The notes under the pieces: model-generated | Seen by the model: the letters and a program-made list of their open reading frames with translations, nothing else | The model's database searches: none | What the model was told of the DNA's origin: nothing | Shown: positions 1 to 9,683 of the stretch, piece by piece | Layout: each line of letters starts with the position of its first letter | Numbering within the stretch: position 1 is the first letter of the stretch | Program-made: the position numbers and the translations under genes | Source: Candidatus Pacearchaeota archaeon | GTDB lineage: Archaea; Nanobdellota; Nanobdellia; Pacearchaeales; GW2011-AR1 | Direction of reading: 5' to 3' | DNA: 33,967 bases | Assembly: GCA_017609045.1 (NCBI GenBank) | Contig: JAFCES010000001.1 | Location: 1-33,967 of the forward strand

Positions 1-1
1 T

Positions 2-397
2 GTTCCAGGAAGATACTTCAATGTTTCTAAGAAAAGAAAAATACATACACTAGGCAAGATTATAGAGATTCCTCCTTCAGTCCTCCCCATCATCAGACTG
101 CCTATTTTCTGGCTGGCCTTCAAAAATTTCCCTTCAGTTTATTCAAAGATTTTCACTAAAATAAATTCTCTTTCATCAGATTACACCTTACTTGTTTTTC
201 ATCCATGGGAATTTTTCAATCTTGAGAATTTGAATCTTCCATGGTATATTAAAAGAAAATCTGGCGAGAAGATGCTAAATACATTAGAAAATTATATTAT
301 TTTCGCTAAGAAAAACAAATACAACTTTTCCACTATTTCTGATTATCTTAAAATGCTATCCCCAACTATCTCCAAAAATCTTTCAAATGCCCTATAA
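2..397 (+). CDS. Partial (5' end outside window) polysaccharide deacetylase family protein, C-terminal part (DUF3473-like)
   Basis: Manual translation of frame 2: VPGRYFN...IIEIPPSVLPIIRLPIFWLAF...LLVFHPWEF..., ending TAA at 395-397. The EIP and FHPWEF motifs are typical of this CE4-like family. Overlaps the convergent radical SAM gene by 32 bp; not in the ORF track. Confidence 0.65.
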   Translation, partial: VPGRYFNVSKKRKIHTLGKIIEIPPSVLPIIRLPIFWLAFKNFPSVYSKIFTKINSLSSDYTLLVFHPWEFFNLENLNLPWYIKRKSGEKMLNTLENYIIFAKKNKYNFSTISDYLKMLSPTISKNLSNAL

Positions 398-1817
398 CAG
401 CCTTCACACCTCTTAAATTAAATTTCAAGTCTTCTATGCTCTTTATATTTCTCAATCTTGCTAATATATATTTTGGTGTTAAAAAAATAGTATAAATTTT
501 GCCACAAATCGCTGCTACTTCTTCTGGCTTATTATCTGTTGTGTTTAAAATAGGCTCTCTCATGTCATATCTTTCATACTCTTTAGGATCAAATAAAAAC
601 CAACCCTTTTTTCTCGCTTCTTTCCATAAAGGTGTTCCTGGATAAGGAATCAAGATTGTTGCCTGTAAAACATCAGCTTTTCCAGATTGCATTAACTTCT
701 TGGCGAGATTAAAAGTTTTTAGAGCATCGTCATAAGTTTCATTTGGCCATCCAACAATCATTGTTAAATGCACAGTTAATCCTGCTCCTTTAGCCCACTC
801 GCAACCCTTAATTATATCCCTGACTTTTATACCTTTATTTGTAAAATCTAAGGTTTTCTGATTTGCAGATTCCAAACCGAACTTTAACAATCTAAAACCA
901 GCTTTTTTCATTAATTTGTAGTCCTCTAATTTTAAAACTCCATATCTCATATTACAACTATATTTAATTTTTTTATTATAGCCCCTTTCAATAAGCCCTT
1001 TACATAAATCCCTTAACCATTCTCCTATTGCTAAGGTTCCAGTATCGTCAAAAATTTCCTTAACATTATACTTCTCTATTAACATTCCAATCTCATCTAA
1101 AACATTTTTTACACTTCTGACTCTGAACCTTGGATACATTCTCGGCCAAGAACAAAACTTACACTTTCCCCACCAACAGTCTCTTCCAGACGCAATGTAA
1201 AAGAAAGGTCTTCCCTGAAGATTATATTCTTTTTGATATAACTTCCATTTACATAAATCCCTGTCAATAAAAGGCAAATCATCTAACTTATGCTTTAATT
1301 GAAATCTGCTTCCCCGAATTTTCCCGTTTTTTCTATACCAGATTCCTTTAGGCACACTTTTCCTTTTCCCAGATAAATAATCAGCCAACTCATCTAATAA
1401 AAAATCATAATCTCCTCCTTGTAAGACATAATCTACGTTTGAATTTTCCAAACTTTCTTTTGGAAAGCTTGTTACGTGATCTCCACAAATTACTATTTTC
1501 ATTTCAGGCAACTTCTTTTTTATTTCATTAATAATTTTCCAGTGTTGTTTTATTACAGGAGTTTTAGTTTCAAAGGCAAACAAATCTGGTTTTTTCCTCT
1601 CTAAAAACCTGAAAAAATCCTTCTCATTAAGATTCTCAACAACACAATCTTTCCACAAAACATCATATCCTTCCTTTTTAAGTAAGGTTGCAGCACTTCC
1701 CAATACAACAGGAAATATATGTGTTGGATTAGAAAACCACTGAAATTGTCTATTTTGACTTAATAAGGCTATACCTTTTTCTGATTCAGTTGGAGGATAT
1801 CCTATGATTATTTTCAT
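366..1817 (-). CDS. B12-binding domain-containing radical SAM protein (class B-like)
   Basis: N-terminal cobalamin-binding-like region (IVICGDHVT, VDYVLQGGDYD), Fe-S motif GRDCWWGKCKFC (CX4CX2C), FGLESANQKTL, IPYPGTPLW. Confidence 0.9.
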   Translation of the reverse strand: MKIIIGYPPTESEKGIALLSQNRQFQWFSNPTHIFPVVLGSAATLLKKEGYDVLWKDCVVENLNEKDFFRFLERKKPDLFAFETKTPVIKQHWKIINEIKKKLPEMKIVICGDHVTSFPKESLENSNVDYVLQGGDYDFLLDELADYLSGKRKSVPKGIWYRKNGKIRGSRFQLKHKLDDLPFIDRDLCKWKLYQKEYNLQGRPFFYIASGRDCWWGKCKFCSWPRMYPRFRVRSVKNVLDEIGMLIEKYNVKEIFDDTGTLAIGEWLRDLCKGLIERGYNKKIKYSCNMRYGVLKLEDYKLMKKAGFRLLKFGLESANQKTLDFTNKGIKVRDIIKGCEWAKGAGLTVHLTMIVGWPNETYDDALKTFNLAKKLMQSGKADVLQATILIPYPGTPLWKEARKKGWFLFDPKEYERYDMREPILNTTDNKPEEVAAICGKIYTIFLTPKYILARLRNIKSIEDLKFNLRGVKAVIGHLKDFWR

Positions 1818-1829
1818 GTTTTTTATTGA

Positions 1830-2777
1830 TTAAGAAATATTATAAACTTTTCTTCCGCTAATTAATCCATAAATCCACCCTGCACCATAAGAAAAATGAG
1901 TTCCAATTAACATAATAAAATTAGCTAATGTAATTTTCAGACTTTTTCTTATGCTTACTAAGACCATAACTAACAAATAGAAAAGAACAATGTATAATAA
2001 AACTAATCTAACATTATAAAAAAATATTGACAATACTAAGCAAAAAATAAATACTAATAATCCTATAGAGTTTAAGGAATAATATAATTTATCAAAAGAA
2101 AAATCTTCTTTTGTTAACCGAGCTATATCCCGAGCATAAATAAATACTTGTTTTAAATGTCCCTTTAATGTATCCCTGCGATGATGATAAACTATAACCT
2201 CTCCAGCATATAAGATTTTGTATCCTTTTTTCAAGCAGTCAAAACAAAACTTGCTATCTTCTGCAGTTAAATAAGAAGGGTCATAATCCTCGCTTGCCTC
2301 TTTCCTAGATATATAGTTACAAGAAGGCAATTCTTTTACAAACCTGTTTCTTGCTATTTTGTATCTTATATTAGCAAATAAAGTAGCAAAAAAATTCTCT
2401 AATACATGGCCAGAAACTCTTTCCCAAAAACTTGAATTTGGAGGGGTTAAATTAGGCCCTCCCACTATACCTATTTTTTCATCTTCAAAATACTTCAAAG
2501 CATTTTTCAACCAGTCTTTACGGGGATAAGCGTCAGAATCAATAAAAGCATAAAAATCTGCTTTACTTTTTTTCATACCAAGATTTCTTTTCACTGCCGG
2601 CTTTCCTTTCATTGAAATTACTTTAACTTTTTCCCCCCATTTATTTATAGCTTTATGATCTGGCAAAACAATAATTTCAAAATTATCATAATCTAATTTT
2701 AAACATTCTTTAATACTTTTTTCTGTTTTTTCATCTATTCTCTTACAAGGGATAATAATTGAAACTTTCTTCATCAT
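1830..2777 (-). CDS. Glycosyltransferase family 2 with C-terminal TM helices
   Basis: VSIIIPC, YDNFEIIVLPD, RNLG, AFIDSD (DxD), AED motif, hydrophobic C-terminus. Confidence 0.92.
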   Translation of the reverse strand: MMKKVSIIIPCKRIDEKTEKSIKECLKLDYDNFEIIVLPDHKAINKWGEKVKVISMKGKPAVKRNLGMKKSKADFYAFIDSDAYPRKDWLKNALKYFEDEKIGIVGGPNLTPPNSSFWERVSGHVLENFFATLFANIRYKIARNRFVKELPSCNYISRKEASEDYDPSYLTAEDSKFCFDCLKKGYKILYAGEVIVYHHRRDTLKGHLKQVFIYARDIARLTKEDFSFDKLYYSLNSIGLLVFIFCLVLSIFFYNVRLVLLYIVLFYLLVMVLVSIRKSLKITLANFIMLIGTHFSYGAGWIYGLISGRKVYNIS

Positions 2778-3778
2778 ACCTTAAAAATTGTAAATATTAA
2801 AAAACCAAAGAAAATAACTAAAAGTTGAAATAACCATATTAACAATACAACATCTTTTTCATAAGCTTTTCCTTTTATTTTTTTCAAGAAAAAAATCGCA
2901 ATATGGTTCAAACTATAAATTTTTTTATAAGCAGGCTCTAAACTTCCATCTCTGTTCGGTTTTCCGAATGATTGTTTTTTTAATCTACCCCTTATTTTCA
3001 AAAAAGTCTCGATAATACAAGGCAAGAAAAAGAAAATAGCAATTTTCTCAAAATTTCCTAATATAGCCATTATAGCGATTAAACCTCCAATAGGATAAGT
3101 CAAAACATCTCCTGGAAAAACTTTGGCTGGAAACTTATTGTAAACTAAAAATGCAAATAAAGCAGAAACCATGCATAAGCCAATTAGGGAAAGCCAACTT
3201 GAGCCAGTCAAATACGCAACCAAACTCAATGCCCCAACCAACAAAATTCCTTCTCCTGCTTCCAGACCATTAAAGCCGGCAAGAAAATTGAATGTTGTTG
3301 CAGCCCCGCTAACCCCTATTGGAATTAAAACAAGAGCATAAAAAATTCCCAAGCTAATTTTACCAATTAAAGGCAAACTAATTTCTGGATAACCAACATT
3401 AATAACAACTAAAGGAATTGAGGCAAACACACACATAATCAACCTAAACTTTTTACTTAAACCACCACTCCACCATCCCAACAAATCATCTGTTAATCCT
3501 ACTCCCGCGAGAATTAGTACCGAGGTAGTTAGAGCAAAAATTTCGATAATATTTGATTGGGTTTCAAAATAAAAAGTTTTTAAAAATATGTAGGATAAAA
3601 CACCAAGAATAAATCCTAAAATAACTATTAAGCCTCCAGAACCAGCAACTTTCGTTTTTCTATACTTATTTAAATCTTCCCACGATAAACCTATTCTTCT
3701 TGCTTTTTTAATCCATTCTGGAAGAATAAAAAAAACTATAAAAAAACTTAAAATTATTGGAATTATTAATATAATCAT
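2774..3778 (-). CDS. UDP-GlcNAc:polyprenyl/dolichyl-phosphate GlcNAc-1-P transferase (MraY/GPT/AglH-like)
   Basis: Polytopic membrane protein with GLTDD, NFLAGFNGLEAG and YNKFPAKVFPGDV motifs; next to aglB. Confidence 0.88.
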   Translation of the reverse strand: MIILIIPIILSFFIVFFILPEWIKKARRIGLSWEDLNKYRKTKVAGSGGLIVILGFILGVLSYIFLKTFYFETQSNIIEIFALTTSVLILAGVGLTDDLLGWWSGGLSKKFRLIMCVFASIPLVVINVGYPEISLPLIGKISLGIFYALVLIPIGVSGAATTFNFLAGFNGLEAGEGILLVGALSLVAYLTGSSWLSLIGLCMVSALFAFLVYNKFPAKVFPGDVLTYPIGGLIAIMAILGNFEKIAIFFFLPCIIETFLKIRGRLKKQSFGKPNRDGSLEPAYKKIYSLNHIAIFFLKKIKGKAYEKDVVLLIWLFQLLVIFFGFLIFTIFKV

Positions 3779-3911
3779 CTTACCCGGATTTCTGTTCAGA
3801 TTTATTTAAGAAAATAAATTCTTGTTTATGTTTTTTAATTTTTTCATTCTCAATTTTTTGCAATTGTTTTAACATTTTCCCAAGTTTTAATTAAATTCTC
3901 AAAAGACATTC

Positions 3912-6635
3912 TTAGAAAATGTCTTTAGCCATCCTTACACTTTCAGGATATTTTCTACTTAAATATTCTTCTCTTCTCTCGATGTCTTCTGGATAATTAA
4001 TCTGCCAAATTTTTATTGGCCCTCTTATTCCACCAAAATAAACAAAATCCCCAAAAATTGCATTCTGTTTTTTTAAATCTTCAATAATCACATCATCTTC
4101 TTTATGTGCAAGCTTAAAATTTTTCCCCTCACCGAATAAATAAAGCTTAACCCACAAAGCATTCATAGACTTTTCAGTTACAAAAAGTGCTCTTTTTTCG
4201 TTTCTTATAAAAGCTCCTCCACTCGTTTGAACAAGTTCAGGAAGAAGATACAAACAGCCTCCATAACCTTCTTCAAATTCATATTTCTTTCTCCCCTCAT
4301 ATGCACATTTTAAGGGAATTCTATATTGTCTCCCATCATAAATAAAAATAACATCTGGCTGTTTAAATGTATCATTTTCTTTCGGCAAAACTACTGCAAC
4401 GATACTTGTTTTAAAAGCTGGAAAGAATTCTCTCTTACCATTAGATTCCCAAAGAAAGTCCTTGTCTAAAAAAGTTCCTCCAACATAATAATGAATTGTT
4501 CCATTTTTTGTTTCTCTCATGTTTTTTTCATCTTCACTCATAACAATCATCTGGCTGTATCTATCATAATTTTCATCAGAACCAATAGAAGAATAAGCAG
4601 GATACTTTCCTATTTCTGTTGAGTCTATTAAAAGGTGTGTGGCATTATGAGTATATAAAAACTCTAAAGCCTCTCTCTCATTCTGACCAGTCAAAACATG
4701 CCTTCCTAACAAATGATTCCAATAACTTATTGAATTTCCTCCATCAAGAATTGTAGCTCTGTTACCTATGCTTTGTACCCAATAACCATAATCCCACCAA
4801 TGGGCGAAAACTGTCCCCCCTTCAAACTCCTCATTTTCAATTATAGTTGGCTGAGTGTTTTCTCTTACCCAAGACATCGCTTCCTGCCATTGCTGTGTAT
4901 AAGAAGAAGGAACCATTCCTAAAGCACTTGTTTTTGTAGCTTCATAATTATAATATGCGGTGAATAAAATCACACCCCACACAATTACTGAAATTAAAGT
5001 TAAAATCCCTTTGTAATCTTTCTTCGCATTTTTAATTTTTTTAATCAAAGTTATGCCAAAATAACTTATAATTGCACAAGAAGGAACAGACAAAACCATA
5101 ATCAATCTTATGGCACTTCTTGCCCCAATTATACTGACCAGAAAAAAACTTAAAATAAACAAGTATGGAAAATTCAAATTTTCTAATCTTACAAGTTCTT
5201 TTTGTTTATAATAAAAATAGTAGATATAGATTCCAGAAATTAGTAATAGAAAAAAACTTCCTAAATATAAAAATCTACTAACAAAATTTTCTCCATTTAA
5301 TGTGCTTTTTGAAGAATACCTGCTAAAAATTAAAGCAAATAAGAAGATAGTGAAGATTAAAGTAAAAATTAATCTTCTTTTTTTATCTGCATTTTTAACA
5401 GCATCATAAAACAAGAAAATAGAGCCAAGAAAAAAAAGCCAGAAAAACAAAGGGAAACCTTTTATTGCCGGACCAAAACTTCCCTTCCAGTCACTAAAGT
5501 AAGGTTGTCTATTCTCTGCTACTGTAAATGAAAGCCTGTCGTAATATGGCTGTTTTAAATGTAAGTATATTTCTTTTATAAAGTCTGGAAAAAAATTCAT
5601 TCCAAATGAAAAAGAAAAAACAGCAAAACCAATTACAAGGGTAAATAAAATAGATAAAATTCTCTCAGGAACTTTTTCTCTCAAATCTCTAACAAGCTTA
5701 AAGTTTTTTATTTTTGTATTAAAAATAAAAAAATCAACTAATAAAAAAGAAAAAACAACAGCACTTAAACCTGTTGAAGAAGATTGTACTAATGAAGATA
5801 AAGAGTATCTTTCTGAAAATAAAAGCACAATAATAAAAGAAGAAAAAAGCCATATTGAATAAGAAAAGAATTTTGTTCTATCAAATTTGTTGCATATAAA
5901 AGCTATAAAAGAAAAAATAGCAACTGTAGTAAAAATATAAATCCAGCCTCCCCAAATCAAACCCATTAAAGCGGTAGAAATGCCAGCTAAAAGAGCAAGG
6001 AGAAGGGCTTTTTTATTTTTTTCTTGCCAAGACCATATAAAAAAATAAAAAGCAAGAAACATAAACAAAAATCCAACAGATTCTTTTTCAGGTATTCCTG
6101 CAACTGTCCTCGATACTAATGAAGGGGAAATTATTAAGAGCAATGTGGAAAGCAAAGCTATCCAGTTTTTGTATCTGCTCTTTTCAAACACTTTACCTAT
6201 AAACAGAAAAAAAGCCATTGCAGTTAATAAAAACATAAAAGCAGGAAAAATAACAGCAGAATAATTTACAGATGTTTTTTTAAAAATGTTTAGGAAGTAA
6301 TGAAAATAAGCAATCATATAAGGCAATAATCTTGTTTCCTTTGCTGTATTATATCCCAGAGGAACATACCTCATAGTATCATGGGACATCAAACTTCCAT
6401 TTTCAACAATATATTTTGCATATCTCAAAAATAAAAAAGGGTCTAAATCTGGTCCTAAAGTGTAATCCCCGGTTGTAATATCTTTAAGGTTGGGGACATT
6501 AACTGTTCTGACATGCCAGCTCATAATAAGAAGGACCACTAAACCAGCAATAATGAGCAAGGATTTTTTATTTAAAAAAAGATTAATTATCCTCTTTTTT
6601 CTTTCTTCTATCTCTTTTTCTATTTCTTCTTCCAT
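3912..6635 (-). CDS. aglB: Archaeal oligosaccharyltransferase AglB (STT3 family)
   Basis: DLDP, EKE, TVAEN and WWDYG motifs; multi-TM N-terminal half; 907 aa. Confidence 0.95.
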   Translation of the reverse strand: MEEEIEKEIEERKKRIINLFLNKKSLLIIAGLVVLLIMSWHVRTVNVPNLKDITTGDYTLGPDLDPFLFLRYAKYIVENGSLMSHDTMRYVPLGYNTAKETRLLPYMIAYFHYFLNIFKKTSVNYSAVIFPAFMFLLTAMAFFLFIGKVFEKSRYKNWIALLSTLLLIISPSLVSRTVAGIPEKESVGFLFMFLAFYFFIWSWQEKNKKALLLALLAGISTALMGLIWGGWIYIFTTVAIFSFIAFICNKFDRTKFFSYSIWLFSSFIIVLLFSERYSLSSLVQSSSTGLSAVVFSFLLVDFFIFNTKIKNFKLVRDLREKVPERILSILFTLVIGFAVFSFSFGMNFFPDFIKEIYLHLKQPYYDRLSFTVAENRQPYFSDWKGSFGPAIKGFPLFFWLFFLGSIFLFYDAVKNADKKRRLIFTLIFTIFLFALIFSRYSSKSTLNGENFVSRFLYLGSFFLLLISGIYIYYFYYKQKELVRLENLNFPYLFILSFFLVSIIGARSAIRLIMVLSVPSCAIISYFGITLIKKIKNAKKDYKGILTLISVIVWGVILFTAYYNYEATKTSALGMVPSSYTQQWQEAMSWVRENTQPTIIENEEFEGGTVFAHWWDYGYWVQSIGNRATILDGGNSISYWNHLLGRHVLTGQNEREALEFLYTHNATHLLIDSTEIGKYPAYSSIGSDENYDRYSQMIVMSEDEKNMRETKNGTIHYYVGGTFLDKDFLWESNGKREFFPAFKTSIVAVVLPKENDTFKQPDVIFIYDGRQYRIPLKCAYEGRKKYEFEEGYGGCLYLLPELVQTSGGAFIRNEKRALFVTEKSMNALWVKLYLFGEGKNFKLAHKEDDVIIEDLKKQNAIFGDFVYFGGIRGPIKIWQINYPEDIERREEYLSRKYPESVRMAKDIF

Positions 6636-6651
6636 TATTCTCTTTAAAAAT

Positions 6652-6789
6652 TTATTTGATTTTTACATCCTCAACCAGCTCTTCAGCTGGCTTCTCTTTT
6701 TCTACACTTTCACTGGCGCAATAGGGACATCTTTTCCCTTCTTCAGATTCAAATCTATATCCACAATCCATACAAACAAAACTTGCCAT
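6652..6789 (-). CDS. Small zinc-ribbon protein (45 aa)
   Basis: Manual translation MASFVCMDCGYRFESEEGKRCPYCASESVEKEKPAEELVEDVKIK*; two CxxC pairs; AGGAGGT Shine-Dalgarno upstream; not in the ORF track. Confidence 0.8.
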   Translation of the reverse strand: MASFVCMDCGYRFESEEGKRCPYCASESVEKEKPAEELVEDVKIK

Positions 6790-6950
6790 TTCAAAAACCT
6801 CCTAAAATCAGTAAAAAAAAGTATTATTTAAATTTATCTTGAGGTGGTAATGCTAAACAAGTGGGGAAGAAAACTCCCTTTATTCATTAATCATTGTAAA
6901 ATTGCTTGATTTTCAATCTATCATTTTTAAGTTAACAGAACCTCTGAGAG

Positions 6951-7808
6951 TCAAAACAACATAGGAGTAATAAAAACCTCTATCAAAGCAGCAAGGAACA
7001 GAATTATCACTGCTATTATTATTAAGTTTAAAGAATCTTGTAAGATACCCCAGAATTTTTCACTTTTTGTATCATGTTTTATTATAGCAACAGAGACTAT
7101 GCCTCCTGCTAAAGCGCCTATAAAATAAGCTGCTATTTCAGGAAAACCATGTATCATATATCTCATTATGCCTAAAGGCAAGCTTGCTATATTGGATTTA
7201 GAAAAAATCCCTACAGCAGCAGCTATAACACTGGCATTCCAAGCTAATACGAATATAGCCCCAGCCCCAAAAATTAGTGAGAATACAAGTGTGAATATAA
7301 GCACATAAATATTATTTGTAAAAATCATGAATATTCTTTCTTTAGCAGTTAGAAAACCAGTTGGTTTTGCTGCTGATTCAACCCCATATTGGCTTACACA
7401 CTCTTCAAAGTTAGAGGGTCTATTAATCAGACAGTATGTTTCAATCTGCGCTCTGAAACTCTGACTGGAAGCCAGGAGGATATACCAAAATGAAAAAGCC
7501 ACAATAAAACCAAAAAAAAGCCACATCAAAGCCATTATAGCTTTGCTGTGTTCTTTTAAAATTCTGATCATTCCTTCATACTCTATATCTTTTTCTTCCT
7601 CATCTTTAATAAGATAATACATGAATGGAAGAGAAAACATAACAGTAAAAGTCACCACAAGTACCCCAGAGTACTTGGCAAGAACAGCATCAGAGGAAAA
7701 AATCCAATTAACCAGAAGAAGTGAAAGAGAAGCATAAACTACTCCTATAAAAAACATCATCCACGGCTCTTTCCCTCCTCTTTTTGGACTCAAAAGCATT
7801 TCTAACAT
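6951..7808 (-). CDS. SpoIIM/DUF95-like integral membrane protein
   Basis: IFTNN, LAWNASVI, HGFPEIAAYFIGALAGG and AALIEVFITP motifs. Start placed at ATG 7808, 29 nt below a TATA box. Confidence 0.8.
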   Translation of the reverse strand: MLEMLLSPKRGGKEPWMMFFIGVVYASLSLLLVNWIFSSDAVLAKYSGVLVVTFTVMFSLPFMYYLIKDEEEKDIEYEGMIRILKEHSKAIMALMWLFFGFIVAFSFWYILLASSQSFRAQIETYCLINRPSNFEECVSQYGVESAAKPTGFLTAKERIFMIFTNNIYVLIFTLVFSLIFGAGAIFVLAWNASVIAAAVGIFSKSNIASLPLGIMRYMIHGFPEIAAYFIGALAGGIVSVAIIKHDTKSEKFWGILQDSLNLIIIAVIILFLAALIEVFITPMLF

Positions 7809-7829
7809 AAACAAAAAAAGAAAAGATGA

Positions 7830-7857
7830 TATTTAAATCTTAGCAAGTTTTTTATAT
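7830..7857. promoter_or_regulatory. Divergent TATA boxes for probably leaderless mRNAs (SpoIIM-like gene and R15P isomerase)
   Basis: Minus-strand TTTAAATA 7837-7830 is 29 nt above ATG 7808; plus-strand TTTATAT near 7851-7857 is about 27 nt above ATG 7878. Confidence 0.55.
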
Positions 7858-7877
7858 TCTCCTTTTTTCTCATTAGT

Positions 7878-8687
7878 ATGAAAAAAGATTTAAGAATAAA
7901 TAAGATAATTCAGGATATTAAAGATATAAAAATACAGGGAGCAAGAAACGTCGCAAAAGCTGCTCTTCATGCCTACTCTTTAAGCTCTACAAAATCAACT
8001 AAAAACAAGCTAATCAAAGCCAGACCAACAGAACCTCTTCTTGTCAATACTTTAAAAAGATTTGAGAAACTCGGAAAAAAGAAAACTCTTCAACATTTTG
8101 ACAAAGCTCAGGAAAAAATTAACAAATTCGCACTAAAACTAATCAAACCAAATTCAGTTATATTTACACACTGCCATTCTACCAATGTTGTTAATGCTTT
8201 AATATATGCTAAGAAAAAGGGCAAAAAATTTGAAGTCTACAATACAGAAACTCGCCCCCTCTACCAGGGAAGAAAAACAGCCAGAGAGTTAAGAAAAGCT
8301 GGCATAAAAGTTACAACTTTTGTTGACGCTGCTGCAAGAGTAGTTTTAACAAAGAGTCAAGGTACAAAATCTGTAGATATTGTATTCCTCGGAGCAGATG
8401 CCATACTTAAAGAGGGTGTAATAAATAAAATTGGTTCAGGGATGTTTTCTGAAATAGCTTATCATGAAAAGATTCCAGTTTATATTCTCGCAGATTCTTG
8501 GAAATACACTAAAGAGGTTAAATTAGAAGAAAGAAATTTCAAAGAAGTATGGAAAAGAGCTCCTAAGTATGTCAAAGTAAAGAATCTTGCTTTTGAAAAA
8601 GTTCCAAAAAAGTTTATTAAGGCTATAGTTTCTGAATTTGGAATACTAACCTTGGATAAATTTATAAAAAAAGCCAGGGAATTTTAA
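7878..8687 (+). CDS. Ribose-1,5-bisphosphate isomerase (eIF-2B alpha/beta/delta family)
   Basis: IKIQGARNVA, RPTEP, FTHCHST (catalytic Cys), ETRPLYQG, GADAI, NKIGS; AMP phosphorylase in the same window. Confidence 0.85.
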   Translation: MKKDLRINKIIQDIKDIKIQGARNVAKAALHAYSLSSTKSTKNKLIKARPTEPLLVNTLKRFEKLGKKKTLQHFDKAQEKINKFALKLIKPNSVIFTHCHSTNVVNALIYAKKKGKKFEVYNTETRPLYQGRKTARELRKAGIKVTTFVDAAARVVLTKSQGTKSVDIVFLGADAILKEGVINKIGSGMFSEIAYHEKIPVYILADSWKYTKEVKLEERNFKEVWKRAPKYVKVKNLAFEKVPKKFIKAIVSEFGILTLDKFIKKAREF

Positions 8688-9076
8688 CTCCTTTTTTCTC
8701 TCCCCGCTTCTACTACCAAACTCTCAAGCTGTATCCTTATATCTTCTATATTTTTCATCAAACTCTTTTTCAACTCTTCTAACTGCTTTATCTGTCTCTG
8801 AACTATTTCAGTAGTCTCTTTTGGTTTCTTTTTTACCACTACATTGGCTCCGATATTTACAAATAATTCTTTTTCTTTTATTTCTGCTTTGAAAAATATA
8901 CCCTTACCAAAAGGAGCAAGAATCTCTTTTTCTTTAGTTTTATCTAGTTTTTCCAAACTTAATTTCAAAACTTCAAGTTCAGCTATCTGTTGATTAATCA
9001 AGCCAATCTGCTCCTCTATCTTATTAGATTCCTGTTCAAGCAAACTTAATCTGATAAGATAATCTTCCCTTGCCAT
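8684..9076 (-). CDS. pfdA: Prefoldin subunit alpha
   Basis: Coiled coils flanking EILAPFGKGIF...LFVNIGANVVVKK. Confidence 0.9.
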   Translation of the reverse strand: MAREDYLIRLSLLEQESNKIEEQIGLINQQIAELEVLKLSLEKLDKTKEKEILAPFGKGIFFKAEIKEKELFVNIGANVVVKKKPKETTEIVQRQIKQLEELKKSLMKNIEDIRIQLESLVVEAGREKRS

Positions 9077-9095
9077 TTTTCCTTTTCCTTTTTAT

Positions 9096-9629
9096 TTAAG
9101 CTACTTTTAAAACTTTTCTAAATATGCTGCTGAAAATTATTGAAAAGATAAGATAAAACCATAACCAAGACAATAAGCCTAAAAACTTAAATCCCTCTAA
9201 AGAAGGCATAGAAAAATAATCATGGAACCATCTGAAAAGCAAGATAAGAGGAATAAAGCTGAAGACGAGGGGCCTCATGGTTATTTCCATCATTCTTGGC
9301 ATATCCTCCATCTGCTTTTTATTAAACTCAAGAAGTTTTTTGGGATCATCTTTGTATTTTTTCATTTCCTCTCTTGCTTCTTTCTGTTCCTGCTTCATCT
9401 GCCTTAAAGCTTCTTGGTCAGTCCCATACTTCTGAAACAAGGTCATTACAAGAGTTATAGCAACAACAAGCAAAATCATTCCTAAAGTTATGTTCCATTC
9501 AAGTAAGCTTCCAGCTGTTGGATCAAGAATCAAATGGACTGTCTCTCTAATAACGGGAAGAGCATTCCATAAACTAGCTATCAGTATACTAGCTGCCATT
9601 AACACAAACAATAAACTAAATCCTTTCAT
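9096..9629 (-). CDS. EMC3/TMCO1 (DUF106, Oxa1 superfamily) membrane protein
   Basis: TM, coiled coil, then MRPL and WLWFYLIFSIIFSSIFRKVL; conserved position after secY. Confidence 0.88.
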   Translation of the reverse strand: MKGFSLLFVLMAASILIASLWNALPVIRETVHLILDPTAGSLLEWNITLGMILLVVAITLVMTLFQKYGTDQEALRQMKQEQKEAREEMKKYKDDPKKLLEFNKKQMEDMPRMMEITMRPLVFSFIPLILLFRWFHDYFSMPSLEGFKFLGLLSWLWFYLIFSIIFSSIFRKVLKVA

Positions 9630-9683
9630 TTTTCCTTTCTTACTTTTTCCTTTATTTTTATTTAGCTGTTTCCTCTTTTAAAT

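Noticed and set aside
6490..6831. 113-aa plus-strand ORF
   Set aside because: Antisense to the aglB 5' end and to the better-supported Zn-ribbon gene
7878..8687. Translation factor aIF-2B or MtnA assignment
   Set aside because: The IQGA, RPTEP and HCHS motifs plus AMP phosphorylase in the window favour R15P isomerase
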